DNA of 64,000 nucleotides from contig DEWY01000015.1 in assembly GCA_002363865.1 (NCBI GenBank), forward strand, positions 156,225 through 220,224. Direction: 5' to 3'. A program made the position numbers and the translations under genes. This DNA is from Caulobacteraceae bacterium UBA3198. GTDB lineage: Bacteria; Pseudomonadota; Alphaproteobacteria; Caulobacterales; Caulobacteraceae. This document shows, piece after piece, positions 28,427-45,221 of the stretch (position 1 is the first letter of the stretch; each line of letters starts with the position of its first letter). A model generated the notes under the pieces. The model made no database searches, was not told the origin of the DNA, and saw only the letters and a program-made list of their open reading frames with translations.

Positions 28427-29425
28427 CTAGGCCTGGATCGCCGCCTGCGCCGAGGCCTGGGCGGCGGCGCGGGCCTCCTGGGCCTGCCGGGCGGCCTGCA
28501 GCTTGGCGAAGTCCTTGCCAGCATGGTGGGACGAGCGGGTCAGCGGGCTGGCGGAGACCATCAGGAACCCCTTGGCCCGGGCGATCTCCTCATAGGCGCC
28601 GAACTCTTCGGGCGTCACATAGCGGTCGATGGCCGCATGCTTGCGGGTCGGCTGCAGGTACTGGCCAATGGTCAGGAAGTCGACGCCAGCCGAGCGCATG
28701 TCGTCCATCACCTGCATGACCTCTTCCTTGGTCTCCCCAAGGCCGACCATCAGGCCCGATTTGGTGAACTGGACGGGATCGCGCTCCTTGACCCGCTCCA
28801 ACAGGCGCAGGGAGCTGTAGTACCGGGCGCCGGGCCGGATCGACAGATAGAGCCGCGGCACCGTCTCCAGATTGTGGTTGAACACGTCCGGCCGCGCATC
28901 GATCACTGTCTCGATGGCCGAGATGGGCTTGCGCAGGAAGTCCGGGGTCAGGATCTCCACCGTCGCCAGCGGAGCTGCGGCGCGGATGGCGCGCACCACC
29001 TCGGCGAAGTGGGCGCCGCCGCCATCGGCCAGGTCATCGCGATCGACCGAGGTGATCACCACATGTTTCAGACCCATCTTGGCCACCGCATCGGCCACGC
29101 GGGCCGGCTCGGTCGGGTCCAGGGGGTTGGGTTTGCCCGTCGTCACATTGCAGAAGGCGCAGGCCCGCGTGCAGATCTCGCCCATGATCATCATGGTGGC
29201 GTGGTTCTGCGACCAGCACTCGCCGATATTGGGGCAGGCCGCCTCCTCGCAGACGGTGACCAGCCCGTGGGCCTTCACAACGCTGCGGGTGGCGGCGTAG
29301 CCCTCGGAGCCCGGGGCGCGGACGCGCAGCCAGTCAGGTTTGCGCAAGAGCGGGGTGTCGGGCCTGGCCTGCTTTTCAGGGTGGCGCGGACGGGGCTTGG
29401 CCAGATTGTCGATGACGACGGTCAT
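28427..29425 (-). CDS. lipA: Lipoyl synthase
   Basis: [57 protein letters not shown]. Confidence 0.97.
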   Translation of the reverse strand: MTVVIDNLAKPRPRHPEKQARPDTPLLRKPDWLRVRAPGSEGYAATRSVVKAHGLVTVCEEAACPNIGECWSQNHATMMIMGEICTRACAFCNVTTGKPNPLDPTEPARVADAVAKMGLKHVVITSVDRDDLADGGGAHFAEVVRAIRAAAPLATVEILTPDFLRKPISAIETVIDARPDVFNHNLETVPRLYLSIRPGARYYSSLRLLERVKERDPVQFTKSGLMVGLGETKEEVMQVMDDMRSAGVDFLTIGQYLQPTRKHAAIDRYVTPEEFGAYEEIARAKGFLMVSASPLTRSSHHAGKDFAKLQAARQAQEARAAAQASAQAAIQA

Positions 29426-29513
29426 AGGGCCTAGATCGTCCCTCCGGGCCTCAGGATCAAGCCGCGATTGTGCGCCCTTGCGTAGCAGGCCCCAACTGCG
29501 CTGAAACTGCCCG

Positions 29514-30539
29514 ATGCGCCCATGGCTCGCCCTTCTCGCCGCCCTCGTTCTGACGGCCTGCGATTCCGGCGCCCCGCGCCCCGCCTTGCTGGACAGTCGG
29601 CCGCCGCCTGGACTTGGCCCGCGCTTCCTGGCGCCGGAGGGGTGGGCCTGGGGCGCGATCCAGCCCCCGGACGGGCCGGAACTTCGCTACGGGGTCACGG
29701 CGCCCGCCGGCGCGGCCCGGCGGGCCCAGGTGCTGATTCTGCCCGACAGCGATGAGCCGGCCGAGGTCTGGTTCGAAACCGCTGCGGATCTGACCCGGGC
29801 GGGCTATGTGGTCTGGACCCTGGAATGGACTGCGTTCGGCGGATCCGGACGCCTTCTGCCGCCCTACGACATGGTTCATCCTGGCCCGCCAGGGACCGCC
29901 CCGCAGGCGCTCGAGGCTCTGATCACACAGGTCATCCGCCCGCGGCCCGACCGCCCGTTGATCTTGTTGGCCTCAGGGGACGCCGCGGCCACTGCGCTTG
30001 CGACCCTTGCGCGCCAGACCCCGACTGCCTCCGTCATCCTGAGCGCGCCTGACCTCTCGAACGGGGCGGCGCTCCGGCCGTGGGAGAGCCTGGCCGTCCG
30101 TGTCGGCCTTGGTCGCCTGCCGAGCCCGGGCTGGCGGCCCTGGTCCAGGACCGCGTCTGAGGCGGCGATGGCCGCGGGAGCCGACCCCTGGCGGGGACGG
30201 GTGGCTCACAGCTGGCGTCTGGCCAACCCCGACCTGCGCCAGAGTGGAGACAGCCTCGCCTGGCGCGCCCAGCAGACCCAGCTAGCGGCCGACGATCTCG
30301 CCTCGCTCAGAACCCGCCCGACCCTTGTTCTGGCGGGCAAGGACGTGGGCCTAGCCTCGGCGGAGGCGTGCCGCGAGACTCTGGGCTGCCGGGCGGCGAT
30401 CCAGCCACAGCTCGGGTCCTCGCCGCACCTGGCGCCGGATTTGGTCCGCGACGCCTGGCTTGCGGAGGTGACGACCTTCCTGGACGCCCAGGTCCCCCCT
30501 GCGGCCCAGGTCGCGGGCGCGCCCGGCGCCATTGAATAG
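29514..30539 (+). CDS. Alpha/beta-hydrolase-fold lipoprotein with a degenerate nucleophile motif
   Basis: Lipobox LVLTAC; PldB-like segments LRYG, E.AE.WFET..DL..AGY.VW.LEW..FGGSGR; LLASGDAA where GHSMGG-type motif is expected. Confidence 0.7.
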   Translation: MRPWLALLAALVLTACDSGAPRPALLDSRPPPGLGPRFLAPEGWAWGAIQPPDGPELRYGVTAPAGAARRAQVLILPDSDEPAEVWFETAADLTRAGYVVWTLEWTAFGGSGRLLPPYDMVHPGPPGTAPQALEALITQVIRPRPDRPLILLASGDAAATALATLARQTPTASVILSAPDLSNGAALRPWESLAVRVGLGRLPSPGWRPWSRTASEAAMAAGADPWRGRVAHSWRLANPDLRQSGDSLAWRAQQTQLAADDLASLRTRPTLVLAGKDVGLASAEACRETLGCRAAIQPQLGSSPHLAPDLVRDAWLAEVTTFLDAQVPPAAQVAGAPGAIE

Positions 30540-30656
30540 CCGCGCTGAGATCACGAACTGTCACACATCTTTTCATCGGCCAGCGGCCCCTCTACGGTCG
30601 CGGCCAGCACAGGACGCCCGACAGAATAGCGTCAGGGACCAGGGAGGCCTTCGCCC

Positions 30657-32213
30657 GTGACCGCCGCATATGATCCCCGCGACAGCCAGATCTCGATCTT
30701 CGACGCCCTGATCGCCGCCCGCGCCCGCTACGGCGCCAAGAAGCCGATCCTGGAAGATCAGGAGCGCAATCCGCTCACCTATACCGGCCTGATCCAGGCC
30801 GCCTTCGCCCTTGGCCGCAAGATCGCCGGCTTCACCGCCAAGGGTGAGCGGGTGGGTGTGATGCTGCCCTCCAGCGCCGGCGGGGTGGTGACCTTCTTCG
30901 CCCTGCACGCCTTCGGCCGCACCCCGACCATGCTCAACTTCACCGCCGGGATCCGCAACCTGAAGGCCGCCTGTGAGCTGGCGGGGGTGAAGACCGTGCT
31001 CACCTCCCATCGGTTCATTGAACAGGGCAAGTTGCACGACCTGATCGACGCCCTCGAGCCCATCGCCAACGTGGTCTATCTGGAAGAGGTGCGGGAAAAG
31101 GTCGGGCTTGCGGACAAGCTGTTCGCCGCCGCCGGCGGGGTGATGACCCGGCAGTTTCGCGCCAGCAGCAAGCCCACCGATCCCGGCGTCATCCTGTTCA
31201 CCTCCGGCAGCTTCGGCGCGCCCCGGGGCGTGGTGTTGAGCCAGGCCAATCTGGTGGCCAATGTCCAGCAGATCGCCGCCCATATCCCGCTGGATCCGGA
31301 CTGGGTGATGTTCAATCCCCTGCCGATCTTCCACTGTTTTGGTCTCACCGGCGGCGTGCTGCTGCCGATCCTGACCGGGATGAAGGCCTTTCAGTACCCC
31401 TCGCCCCTGCACACCAAGCAGATCCCGCCGCTGATCCGCGACTCCCAGGCCTCCATCCTGCTGGCCACCGACACCTTCGTGAACCAGTACGCCCGGGCCG
31501 CCGAGCCTGGGGAATTGTCTGGGCTGAAGTTCGTGGTCTGCGGGGCCGAGAAGGTGCGCGAGGAGACCCACAATCTCGTCGCCGAACGCTTTGGCCCCAT
31601 CCCACTGCTGGAAGGCTATGGCGCCACCGAGGCGGCGCCGGTGATCGCGGTGAACAAGCCCCTCGACAACCGTCGCGGCACGGTCGGGGGCCTGCTGCCC
31701 GGCATAGAGACGCGGCTGGAGCCGGTGGAAGGCATTCCCGGCGGGGGGCAGCTCTTCGTTCGCGGTCCCAATATCATGGCCGGCTATCTTGCCGCCGACG
31801 GCACGATCGAGGCCCCGGTCGATGGCTGGCATGACACGGGCGATGTGGTCGGCATCAGCAACGACCAATGGATCAAGATCCAGGGGCGCGTGAAGCGGTT
31901 CGCCAAGGTCGGCGGCGAGATGGTGTCCTTGACGGCCGCGGAAGACATCGCCGTGGCCGTGTGGCCGGAATGCCGACACGCGGTCATCGCCGTCCCCGAT
32001 CCGCGCAAGGGCGAGCGGCTGATCCTGCTCACCGATCGTCGCGAAGCCGAGGTCGACGCCCTGCTGGCCCACGCCAAGGCCATCGGCGCGCCGGAGCTGA
32101 CCGTCCCGCGCAAGATTCTGGCGGTCCCCGAGATCCCGGTCCTGGGCACCGGCAAGACCGACTATGTCGCCATTCAGCGGATGGCCGAGGCGGAGCTGCG
32201 GCGGGTCGCCTGA
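30657..32213 (+). CDS. AMP-binding enzyme, stand-alone acyl-ACP synthetase domain of Aas type
   Basis: LFTSGS.G.PRGV, LPIFHCFGLT, YPSPLH, EGYGATE.APVI, WHDTGD, GRVKRFAKVGGEMVSL, GTGKTDY; GTG start after SD GGGAGG. Confidence 0.85.
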   Translation: MTAAYDPRDSQISIFDALIAARARYGAKKPILEDQERNPLTYTGLIQAAFALGRKIAGFTAKGERVGVMLPSSAGGVVTFFALHAFGRTPTMLNFTAGIRNLKAACELAGVKTVLTSHRFIEQGKLHDLIDALEPIANVVYLEEVREKVGLADKLFAAAGGVMTRQFRASSKPTDPGVILFTSGSFGAPRGVVLSQANLVANVQQIAAHIPLDPDWVMFNPLPIFHCFGLTGGVLLPILTGMKAFQYPSPLHTKQIPPLIRDSQASILLATDTFVNQYARAAEPGELSGLKFVVCGAEKVREETHNLVAERFGPIPLLEGYGATEAAPVIAVNKPLDNRRGTVGGLLPGIETRLEPVEGIPGGGQLFVRGPNIMAGYLAADGTIEAPVDGWHDTGDVVGISNDQWIKIQGRVKRFAKVGGEMVSLTAAEDIAVAVWPECRHAVIAVPDPRKGERLILLTDRREAEVDALLAHAKAIGAPELTVPRKILAVPEIPVLGTGKTDYVAIQRMAEAELRRVA

Positions 32214-32231
32214 CGGGGCGACCCGACCGGA

Positions 32232-33632
<1,401 letters not shown>

Positions 33633-33645
33633 GTGTCTTGGCCCC

Positions 33646-34935
33646 TCAGACCATCATCGCCAGGGGCTCTTCGATCAGAGCCTTGAACGCTTCCAGCCAC
33701 CGGGCGCCGGTGGCCCCGTCCACGACGCGATGGTCGCAGGTCATGGTCACAGACATCACCGTGGCGATGCTCAGCTGGTCGCCGCGGACCACGGGCTGTT
33801 TCGTCCCCGCCCCCACCGACAGGATCGCCCCTTGAGGCTCGTTGATGATCGAGGCGAAGGACTTGATGCCGAACATGCCGAGGTTGGAGACACTGAAGGT
33901 GCCGCCCTGGAATTCCTCGGGCTTCAGCTTCCGGGTCCGGGCCCGCTCGGCCAGGTCGTTGGTTTCCTGGGCGATCTGCGCCAGGCCCTTGGTCTCGCAC
34001 TTGCGGATGATCGGGGTGATTAGCCCGCCCTCCACGGCCACCGCCATGGCGATGTCGGCATGGTGGTGCAGGGCGATGCCCTCAGGCGAATAGGAGGCGT
34101 TGGCCTCGGGCACCCGCTTCAGGGCCACGGCGCAGGCCTTGAGGATGATGTCGTTGACGCTGACCTTCACCCCGTCCTTTTCGAGCATCTTGTTGATGCG
34201 ACCCCGCGCCTCGAGCAGGCGGTCGATCTCCAGGTCGATGGTCAGCGGGAAGTGCGGCACGTCGCGGAAGGAGTCGGTCATCCGCCGGGCCACGGTCTTG
34301 CGCATGCCGTCCAGCGGGATCAGCTCGTAGCTCCCCTCAGGGATTCCCATCTGCTGCAGGGACTGGACCGGCCGCGTTTCGCCGCGGCGCTCGGCCGGCG
34401 CAGCCGCAGCCGTCGTGGCGGGCTTAGCGCCCGGCTTGGCGTCCTTCACGTCGCGTTCGATGATCCGGCCGTGGGGGCCAGAGCCCGTGATGGCCGAGAG
34501 GTCGAGCCCCTTCTGCTCGGCGATCCGTCGGGCGAGCGGCGAGGCGAAAATGTGCTCGCCATCCTTAGTCCTTGTCGGAGCGGACTTCGGCGCTGCAGGC
34601 TCGGCCTTGGCGGGCGCGTCAGATCTGGCTTCAGCCTTGGCTGGCGCTTCAGGCTCGGCCTTCTCCGCGGGCTTGGGTTCAGGCGCCTTGGTCTCGGTTC
34701 CGCCGGACAGACGGGCGATAGGCGCATTGACTTTCACGCCCTCGGTTCCGGCCTCGACCAGGATCTCCTCGACCACGCCCTCATCGACCGCCTCGACCTC
34801 CATGGTCGCCTTGTCGGTCTCGATCTCGGCGATCACGTCACCGGCGGCGACCGTGTCCCCCTTCTTGACCAGCCATTTGGCGAGGGTGCCCTCCTCCATG
34901 GTGGGCGACAGCGCCGGCATCAGGATGTCGGTCAT
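33646..34935 (-). CDS. pdhC: Pyruvate dehydrogenase E2 (dihydrolipoamide acetyltransferase)
   Basis: Lipoyl domain [12 protein letters not shown]3-binding ASPLARR, TGSGP.GRI, catalytic DHRVVDGA. Confidence 0.96.
   Translation of the reverse strand: MTDILMPALSPTMEEGTLAKWLVKKGDTVAAGDVIAEIETDKATMEVEAVDEGVVEEILVEAGTEGVKVNAPIARLSGGTETKAPEPKPAEKAEPEAPAKAEARSDAPAKAEPAAPKSAPTRTKDGEHIFASPLARRIAEQKGLDLSAITGSGPHGRIIERDVKDAKPGAKPATTAAAAPAERRGETRPVQSLQQMGIPEGSYELIPLDGMRKTVARRMTDSFRDVPHFPLTIDLEIDRLLEARGRINKMLEKDGVKVSVNDIILKACAVALKRVPEANASYSPEGIALHHHADIAMAVAVEGGLITPIIRKCETKGLAQIAQETNDLAERARTRKLKPEEFQGGTFSVSNLGMFGIKSFASIINEPQGAILSVGAGTKQPVVRGDQLSIATVMSVTMTCDHRVVDGATGARWLEAFKALIEEPLAMMV
34700..34935 (-). repeat. 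Lipoyl-domain repeat, copy in pdhC
   Basis: Closely similar to 36507-36742; both encode [73 protein letters not shown]. Confidence 0.9.
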
Positions 34936-35342
34936 GCGGATTCCTTGGAGAGGTGCGTGAGGCCCGCGGCGTGGGCCTCCCAATTCTGGCCGTCGAACGG
35001 CTCGATGTCGAAGTCCAGGTCCTCGGCCGGGTCCAGGCAGCGGACATTGACGGACCAGCCGTCCGGGTTTGACCGGGGGCGGTAGAAGCTCTTCACCCCA
35101 CACACCTTGCAGAAGGTGTGCTGGGCGACGCCGGTGTTGAACACATAGGTGGTGATTTGGTCCTGGCCGAAAATCAGGCGGAACCGACTGGCCGGGACGA
35201 TGGCGTGGATGAACCCCGTCATGGCGCAGATCGAGCAGTTGCAGGCCTGGACGGTCACCTTGGCCGGCAGGGCGGCCTCGAACCGCACAGCCCGGCAATG
35301 ACAGCCGCCGCTGCGCCAGGTCAGGTCAGCCGCAGCCGTCAT
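34932..35342 (-). CDS. GFA/CENP-V family zinc protein
   Basis: GGCHC.AVRF, CNCSIC, FC..CGVKSFY.PRSNPDG.SVN.RC; 4-nt start/stop overlaps with pdhB and pdhC. Confidence 0.9.
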   Translation of the reverse strand: MTAAADLTWRSGGCHCRAVRFEAALPAKVTVQACNCSICAMTGFIHAIVPASRFRLIFGQDQITTYVFNTGVAQHTFCKVCGVKSFYRPRSNPDGWSVNVRCLDPAEDLDFDIEPFDGQNWEAHAAGLTHLSKESA

Positions 35343-36742
35343 GAGCGATAGCAGACCGCCTTGGCGGCTTTCACGATCTTCTCCACCGAAGGCAGGGAGG
35401 CGGCTTCCAGATTGGCCGCATAGGGCAGAGGCACGTCTTCCTGACAGACCCGCGCGGGCGGGGCATCCAGATAGTCGAAGGCGTGCTCGATCACCCGGGC
35501 GATCACCTCGGCGCCGACGCCCATGGGGCCCCAGCCCTCCTCGACGGTCACCAGGCGGTGGGTCTTCTTGACGCTGTCGACGATCGTGTCGTGGTCCAGG
35601 GGACGGATGGTGCGCAGGTCGACGACCTCGGCCTCGATCCCCTCCCCGGCCAGTTCCTCGGCGGCCTTGAGCGCCAGGCCGACCATGCGCGAATAGGCGG
35701 TGATGGTGACATCGGCGCCGGTGCGGCGCACCTTGGCAAGGCCGATGGGCAGGACGTAGTCGTCTCCCTCCGGGACGTCGAATTCCTGGCCATAGAGCAT
35801 CTCGTGCTCCAGGAAGACTACGGGGTTCGGATCGCGGATCGCCGCCTTCAACAGGCCCTTGGCGTCGGCGGCGTCATAGGGCGCGATCACCTTCAGCCCG
35901 GGAACGTGGGCGTACCAGGCGGCATAGTCCTGGCTGTGCTGGGCCGCCACCCGGGAGGCTGCGCCATTGGGCCCGCGGAACACCATGGGCGTGGTGATCT
36001 GCCCCCCGGACATGTAGTGGGTCTTGGCCGCCGAATTGATGATGTGGTCGATGGCCTGCATGGCGAAGTTCCAGGTCATGAACTCCACGATGGGCTTCAG
36101 GCCGGCCATGGCCGCGCCGACCCCAAGGCCCGCAAAGCCATGCTCGGTAATCGGCGTGTCGATCACGCGGCGCTCGCCGAACTCCTCCAGCAGACCACGG
36201 CTGACCTTGTAGGCGCCCTGGTACTGGGCGACCTCTTCGCCCATCAGGAAGACAGTGTCGTCCCGGCGCATCTCCTCAGCCATGGCGTCACGCAGGGCGT
36301 CGCGGACGGTCGTCTTGACCAGCTTGGCGCCCTCCGGGATGTCCGGATCGGCCAGGGCCTCCTTCGGCCGCACTGCGGCGGGGCCGTCGCCGTCGGGCTG
36401 CTCGGCCTTGGCCTCGGCCGGGCTGGTCTTTTCCGGATCCCCGGACGCTTCGGCCTTCGCAGCCTTGGGCTCATCAGCGGCCGGCGCAGATTTCGCCGGC
36501 GTCGTACCACCAGACAGGCGAGCGATGGGGGCGTTGACCTTCACGCCTTCAGCGCCGGCCTCTACCAGCAGTTCCTCGATGACGCCCTCATCGACGGCTT
36601 CGACCTCCATGGTCGCCTTGTCGGTCTCGATCTCAGCGATCACGTCACCGGAGGCGACGGTGTCGCCGACCTTCACGTGCCACTTGGCCAGCGTCCCCTC
36701 TTCCATGGTCGGAGACAGGGCCGGCATCAGAATGTCGGTCAC
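35339..36742 (-). CDS. pdhB: Pyruvate dehydrogenase E1 beta with N-terminal lipoyl domain
   Basis: Lipoyl domain; [54 protein letters not shown]. Confidence 0.97.
   Translation of the reverse strand: MTDILMPALSPTMEEGTLAKWHVKVGDTVASGDVIAEIETDKATMEVEAVDEGVIEELLVEAGAEGVKVNAPIARLSGGTTPAKSAPAADEPKAAKAEASGDPEKTSPAEAKAEQPDGDGPAAVRPKEALADPDIPEGAKLVKTTVRDALRDAMAEEMRRDDTVFLMGEEVAQYQGAYKVSRGLLEEFGERRVIDTPITEHGFAGLGVGAAMAGLKPIVEFMTWNFAMQAIDHIINSAAKTHYMSGGQITTPMVFRGPNGAASRVAAQHSQDYAAWYAHVPGLKVIAPYDAADAKGLLKAAIRDPNPVVFLEHEMLYGQEFDVPEGDDYVLPIGLAKVRRTGADVTITAYSRMVGLALKAAEELAGEGIEAEVVDLRTIRPLDHDTIVDSVKKTHRLVTVEEGWGPMGVGAEVIARVIEHAFDYLDAPPARVCQEDVPLPYAANLEAASLPSVEKIVKAAKAVCYRS
36507..36742 (-). repeat. Lipoyl-domain repeat, copy in pdhB
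   Basis: Partner of 34700-34935. Confidence 0.9.
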
Positions 36743-37767
36743 TGGGCGGCCTCCACATAGACCTCGGTATAGAGCTCGGAGAGGTCCGGCTCAGGGGACG
36801 TGCGGGCGAATTCGGCGGCGTCGGCGACAATGCGCTTCACCTCCGCATCGATGCCCTTCAGCGTCGCCTCGTCGGCCACGCCGTCGCGTTCAAGCTGCTC
36901 GCGCAGATGCTCGATGGGATCGCGGGTCTTGCGGACTTCGTCCACCTCTTCCCGGGTGCGGTACTTGGCCGGATCGCTCATGGAATGGCCACGATAGCGA
37001 TAGGTCTTCATCTCCAGGATGAAGGGCCCTTCCCCGCTGCGGGCGTGAGCCGCCGCGCGCTTGGCGGCGTCACGGACGGCCAGAACATCCATGCCGTCAA
37101 CCTCTTCCCCCGGAATCCGGAAGGAGGCGCCGCGCTTGTACATGTGGGTCTCAGACGACGACCGCTCCAGCGATGTGCCCATGGCGTACTGATTGTTCTC
37201 GATCAGATAGACGACCGGCAGTTTCCACAGGGCGGCCATGTTGAAGCTCTCATAGACCTGCCCCTGGTTCGCAGCCCCATCGCCGAAATAGGTGAAGGCG
37301 ACCTTGCCGTTGTCGCGGTAGCGGTTCGCCAGCGCCAGGCCGGTCCCCAGGGGCGCCGGCGCGCCGACAATCCCGTGACCGCCGTAGAAATTGGCTTCGC
37401 GGGAGAACATGTGCATCGAGCCGCCCTTGCCCTTGGACGAGCCCCCGGCGCGGCCGGTCAGTTCAGCCATGACCTCCTGAGGATCCATGCCGCAGGCCAG
37501 CATGTGGCCGTGGTCACGATAAGCGGTGATGACCTGGTCGCCCTTCTCCTGGATCGACTGGACCCCGACGGCGATGGCTTCCTGGCCGATATAGAGGTGG
37601 CAGAAGCCGCCGATCAGACCCATGCCATAGAGCTGGCCAGCCCGTTCTTCGAAGCGGCGAATGAGCAGCATGTCGCGATAGAAGCCCAGCAACTGATCCT
37701 TGCTGAGGCTCTCGACCGTCTCGGCCGGCGATCCGCCGGTCTTGGCGGCCTGTTTGGCGCGCGCCAT
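36739..37767 (-). CDS. pdhA: Pyruvate dehydrogenase E1 alpha
   Basis: [60 protein letters not shown]. Confidence 0.97.
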   Translation of the reverse strand: MARAKQAAKTGGSPAETVESLSKDQLLGFYRDMLLIRRFEERAGQLYGMGLIGGFCHLYIGQEAIAVGVQSIQEKGDQVITAYRDHGHMLACGMDPQEVMAELTGRAGGSSKGKGGSMHMFSREANFYGGHGIVGAPAPLGTGLALANRYRDNGKVAFTYFGDGAANQGQVYESFNMAALWKLPVVYLIENNQYAMGTSLERSSSETHMYKRGASFRIPGEEVDGMDVLAVRDAAKRAAAHARSGEGPFILEMKTYRYRGHSMSDPAKYRTREEVDEVRKTRDPIEHLREQLERDGVADEATLKGIDAEVKRIVADAAEFARTSPEPDLSELYTEVYVEAAQ

Positions 37768-37825
37768 GTCTGTCTCCCGGGTCGTGTTTGCGTTCTGGCA
37801 CCCTAACCCGGAGCCGGCCGTGCCG

Positions 37826-38140
37826 TCAGCCGCCCGCCGAGTCGTCGTGCTGGATACGGATCACATAGTCCCTGGGGTCGCTGTAGCCTAGGAGGGACCT
37901 GGCCCGCTCTTCCAGCAGATCCGCCGAAAGCGAGGTGTCGCGCAGCAACTTGGCCCGGGTTTCCAAATCCTGCCTCTGGGCGATCAGCTGCGTCAGCTCC
38001 GCCGACTTCACCGCCAGGGTCTGGGCGCGCTGGGCCGAGGTCAGCAGACCTTGCTCGCCGGTGAAGGCGTGATAGGCGAAATAGACGATGAGGAGCGCCA
38101 GGAAGGCGGTCGAGATGTAGGAGCGGACTGCGGTGAGCAC
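37826..38140 (-). CDS. ftsB: Septum formation initiator FtsB/DivIC
   Basis: Single TM then YF.YHA..G..GL, coiled coil, DLLEERAR..L; GTG start; conserved position between eno and pdhA. Confidence 0.85.
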   Translation of the reverse strand: MLTAVRSYISTAFLALLIVYFAYHAFTGEQGLLTSAQRAQTLAVKSAELTQLIAQRQDLETRAKLLRDTSLSADLLEERARSLLGYSDPRDYVIRIQHDDSAGG

Positions 38141-38142
38141 GG

Positions 38143-38172
38143 CGATTCTGCGTTAAGGATGAGCCAGACTCG
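38143..38172. promoter_or_regulatory. Two CcrM (GANTC) sites in GcrA-type context upstream of ftsB
   Basis: CGATTCT at 38143-38149 (+) and CGAGTCT at 38166-38172 (-) both fit YGAKTCK; TTAA half-sites flank them. Confidence 0.35.
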
Positions 38173-38256
38173 GCGGGTCTGCTTAATTTTGCGTTGCAGC
38201 TCAGCCGTTTGCCGTGAAAACTCGCGGTCATGGATCGCAAGCACCCGCCCAATTGA

Positions 38257-40793
<2,537 letters not shown>

Positions 40794-40829
40794 TTAGCCA
40801 CCTTCGCGCGGGCGGGCAATCGGCCACGC

Positions 40830-40859
40830 AAAAGGCCCCGCCCGGTCCGGGCGAGGCCT
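40830..40859 (-). terminator. Probable intrinsic terminator of rpmF
   Basis: AAAA-GGCCCCGCCCGG-T-CCGGGCGAGGCCT hairpin with a minus-strand U tract, 35 nt past the rpmF stop. Confidence 0.6.
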
Positions 40860-40894
40860 CGATGTCTTGCGACGGTCGATAGGCTTCTGGAGCC

Positions 40895-41077
40895 TTAGTC
40901 TCCCTTCGGCGTCAGGACCTGACGGCCCTTATACATGCCGGTCTTCAGGTCGATGTGGTGGGGGCGCTTCAGCTCGCCGGTTTCCTTGTCTTCGACGAAG
41001 GAGTTCTTGCCCAGCGCATCGTGGGAGCGCCGCATGTTGCGCCGCGAGGGCGATACTTTTCGCTTAGGAACGGCCAT
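40895..41077 (-). CDS. rpmF: 50S ribosomal protein L32 (Cys-free type)
   Basis: [22 protein letters not shown]...[22 protein letters not shown]. Confidence 0.95.
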   Translation of the reverse strand: MAVPKRKVSPSRRNMRRSHDALGKNSFVEDKETGELKRPHHIDLKTGMYKGRQVLTPKGD

Positions 41078-41142
41078 GGGAATCTCGCAGGCGTATAAAA
41101 ATTGAGACGGCGGCCGCGGGGGCCGCCGACATGAGCGCGCGT

Positions 41143-41170
41143 GTATGACGCAATCCGCCCGGAGTTTCAA
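41143..41170 (-). promoter_or_regulatory. Candidate sigma70 promoter of rpmF
   Basis: Minus strand TTGAAA (41170-41165), 16 nt, TCATAC (41148-41143). Confidence 0.4.
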
Positions 41171-41275
41171 GCGCCTGTCTGGCGTGGCCCTTGATCGGAC
41201 GAGCGGCAGCCACCCTGGGGTTGCAAACCGCCGTTTGGTTGAGCTAGCTCGACGGGCTCCTGAGGGGGGATGCAC

Positions 41276-43611
<2,336 letters not shown>

Positions 43612-43755
43612 TCAACCTACCATTGATTCGGGGCGCCGCCCCCCATGGGGGGTGCGCCATAACGTCTTGAAGAGCCGCAAGCTGCGGCCTGTGACTGGAA
43701 GCTCAAGGTCCCGACGCCGCAAACGGGACGCCGACGACCGGTGGACCTTTGGCCC

Positions 43756-44187
43756 CTAGGGTGCGGGGCTGCTCGTCCCCTCGCCGCTCTCGCCGTCGAG
43801 GAAGGGGTTGCGGATCTGGGCGGCCGGCGCATCCAGGGCGCCGCCGGTGGCGGGCGAGGTCTCGGCCGGGACCACAGGCGCAGGAGCGACCGGCGCGGTG
43901 TTCAGCTGCGTCGGGTCAAGGGCCTCGATATCGAGCCGGTCGACGGCCGAGCCGCCGCTGATGCGCCCGGACACCAGAGTGATGGTCAGGCTGAGCGCGA
44001 AGAACACCCCGCCCAAGATCCAGGTGAAGCGCGACAGGAAATCCCCGGCGCCGCGGGCGCTCATGAAATTTCCCGATCCGCCGCCGCCCATGCCGAGGGC
44101 GCCGCCTTCGGAGCGCTGCAGCAGCACAAGGCCGATCAGGGCCAGGCACACCAGAATCTGAATACCGAGCAGAATGCTGAGAAGCAT
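43756..44187 (-). CDS. secG: Preprotein translocase subunit SecG
   Basis: LIGLVLLQRSEGGALGMGGG, ARG.GD.LSR.T..L...FF; between tpiA and pyrG. Confidence 0.92.
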   Translation of the reverse strand: MLLSILLGIQILVCLALIGLVLLQRSEGGALGMGGGGSGNFMSARGAGDFLSRFTWILGGVFFALSLTITLVSGRISGGSAVDRLDIEALDPTQLNTAPVAPAPVVPAETSPATGGALDAPAAQIRNPFLDGESGEGTSSPAP

Positions 44188-44341
44188 GGACAAGTCCAAA
44201 ACGTCTGGGCGCGGGGGTCCGAAGGAAACCCGCGCCGAAAAACCAAGCGCGCGCTCTATCATCCCGAGCGCCGCAAAGCCATAGGGCCAAAGATCCGACA
44301 GCGGCCGATCCAGGCGGGCTCAAGGCGCCGCCAACGCTTAG

Positions 44342-45094
44342 CTAGGCCTTCGGCGCGCCGGCGACAATGGCGAGGAAGTCGGCGGCCTTCAGCGAGGCGC
44401 CGCCCACCAGGGCCCCACCCACCTCAGGCAGCGCCAGGATTTCAGCCGCGTTGCCGGGCTTCACCGAGCCGCCATAGAGAATGGCCGGCGCCGCCCCCGC
44501 CTCGCCGAACATGTCCTTCAGAGTAGCGCGGATGGCGTGGTGAACCTCGGCGATATCCTCAAGGGTCGGCGTCAGCCCCGTGCCGATGGCCCAGACCGGT
44601 TCATAGGCGACCGTGAAGGGCTTGCCGGCGAGCTCGGCCGGCAAAGAGCCTCGGATCTGGCGGGTGACGACGGCCAGGGCGCGGCCCTCCTCCCGCTCGG
44701 CGCGGGTCTCCCCGACGCAGATGATCGGCTCCAGCCCCGCCCGCAGGGCCGCCAGGGCCTTGGCCGTGATCAGGGCGTCCGTCTCGCCGTAACCGGCCCG
44801 GCGCTCGGAATGACCCAGGATCACCAGCCGTGCGCCGGCCTCTCGCAGCATCTCGGCCGACACATCACCGGTGAAGGCGCCAGACGCGTCGGCGTGGCAG
44901 TCCTGGCCGCCGATCTCCAGCCTTGATCCCGCCGCCTCACGGCTCATCCGCTCGACCAGGGTGGCGGGCGGGCACAGCGCCAGACGGACCCCGGCGACGT
45001 CGGCCGCATCCGCGATGGCGCGCGCCTCAACCAGGGCAGGCCCCGTCCCATTCATCTTCCAGTTGCCGGCGATCAGGGGTGTGGGTGGGGTCAT
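44342..45094 (-). CDS. tpiA: Triosephosphate isomerase
   Basis: AGNWKMNG, GAFTGDVSA.ML, ILGHSERR, AYEPVWAIGTG, YGGSVK, LVGGASL. Confidence 0.97.
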   Translation of the reverse strand: MTPPTPLIAGNWKMNGTGPALVEARAIADAADVAGVRLALCPPATLVERMSREAAGSRLEIGGQDCHADASGAFTGDVSAEMLREAGARLVILGHSERRAGYGETDALITAKALAALRAGLEPIICVGETRAEREEGRALAVVTRQIRGSLPAELAGKPFTVAYEPVWAIGTGLTPTLEDIAEVHHAIRATLKDMFGEAGAAPAILYGGSVKPGNAAEILALPEVGGALVGGASLKAADFLAIVAGAPKA

Positions 45095-45221
45095 CTGGCC
45101 TCTCCTTGGGATGGGTCTGGCCGATAAGCCAAGCGATCGACGCTGTCACGTGCTTGCGGGGGGGAAGCCGCCTCCACTATACCCGCCCCTCTGGACTTCG
45201 CGCCCGAGGAAGGGTCCTCCC

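Noticed and set aside
30558-30576. Pho-box-like CTGTCAC-N5-TTTTCAT upstream of the acyl-ACP synthetase
   Set aside because: Spacing is 12 rather than 11 nt and the second half-site is weak.
34700-36742. 236-bp near-duplicate suggesting a recent duplication or mobile repeat
   Set aside because: It is the lipoyl domain shared by PdhB and PdhC, a known alphaproteobacterial architecture.
43632-43658. GC hairpin (GGCGCCGCCCCCCATGGGGGGTGCGCC) upstream of pyrG as a CTP-sensing attenuator
   Set aside because: No U tract and no mapped start site; it could simply be a secG 3' structure.
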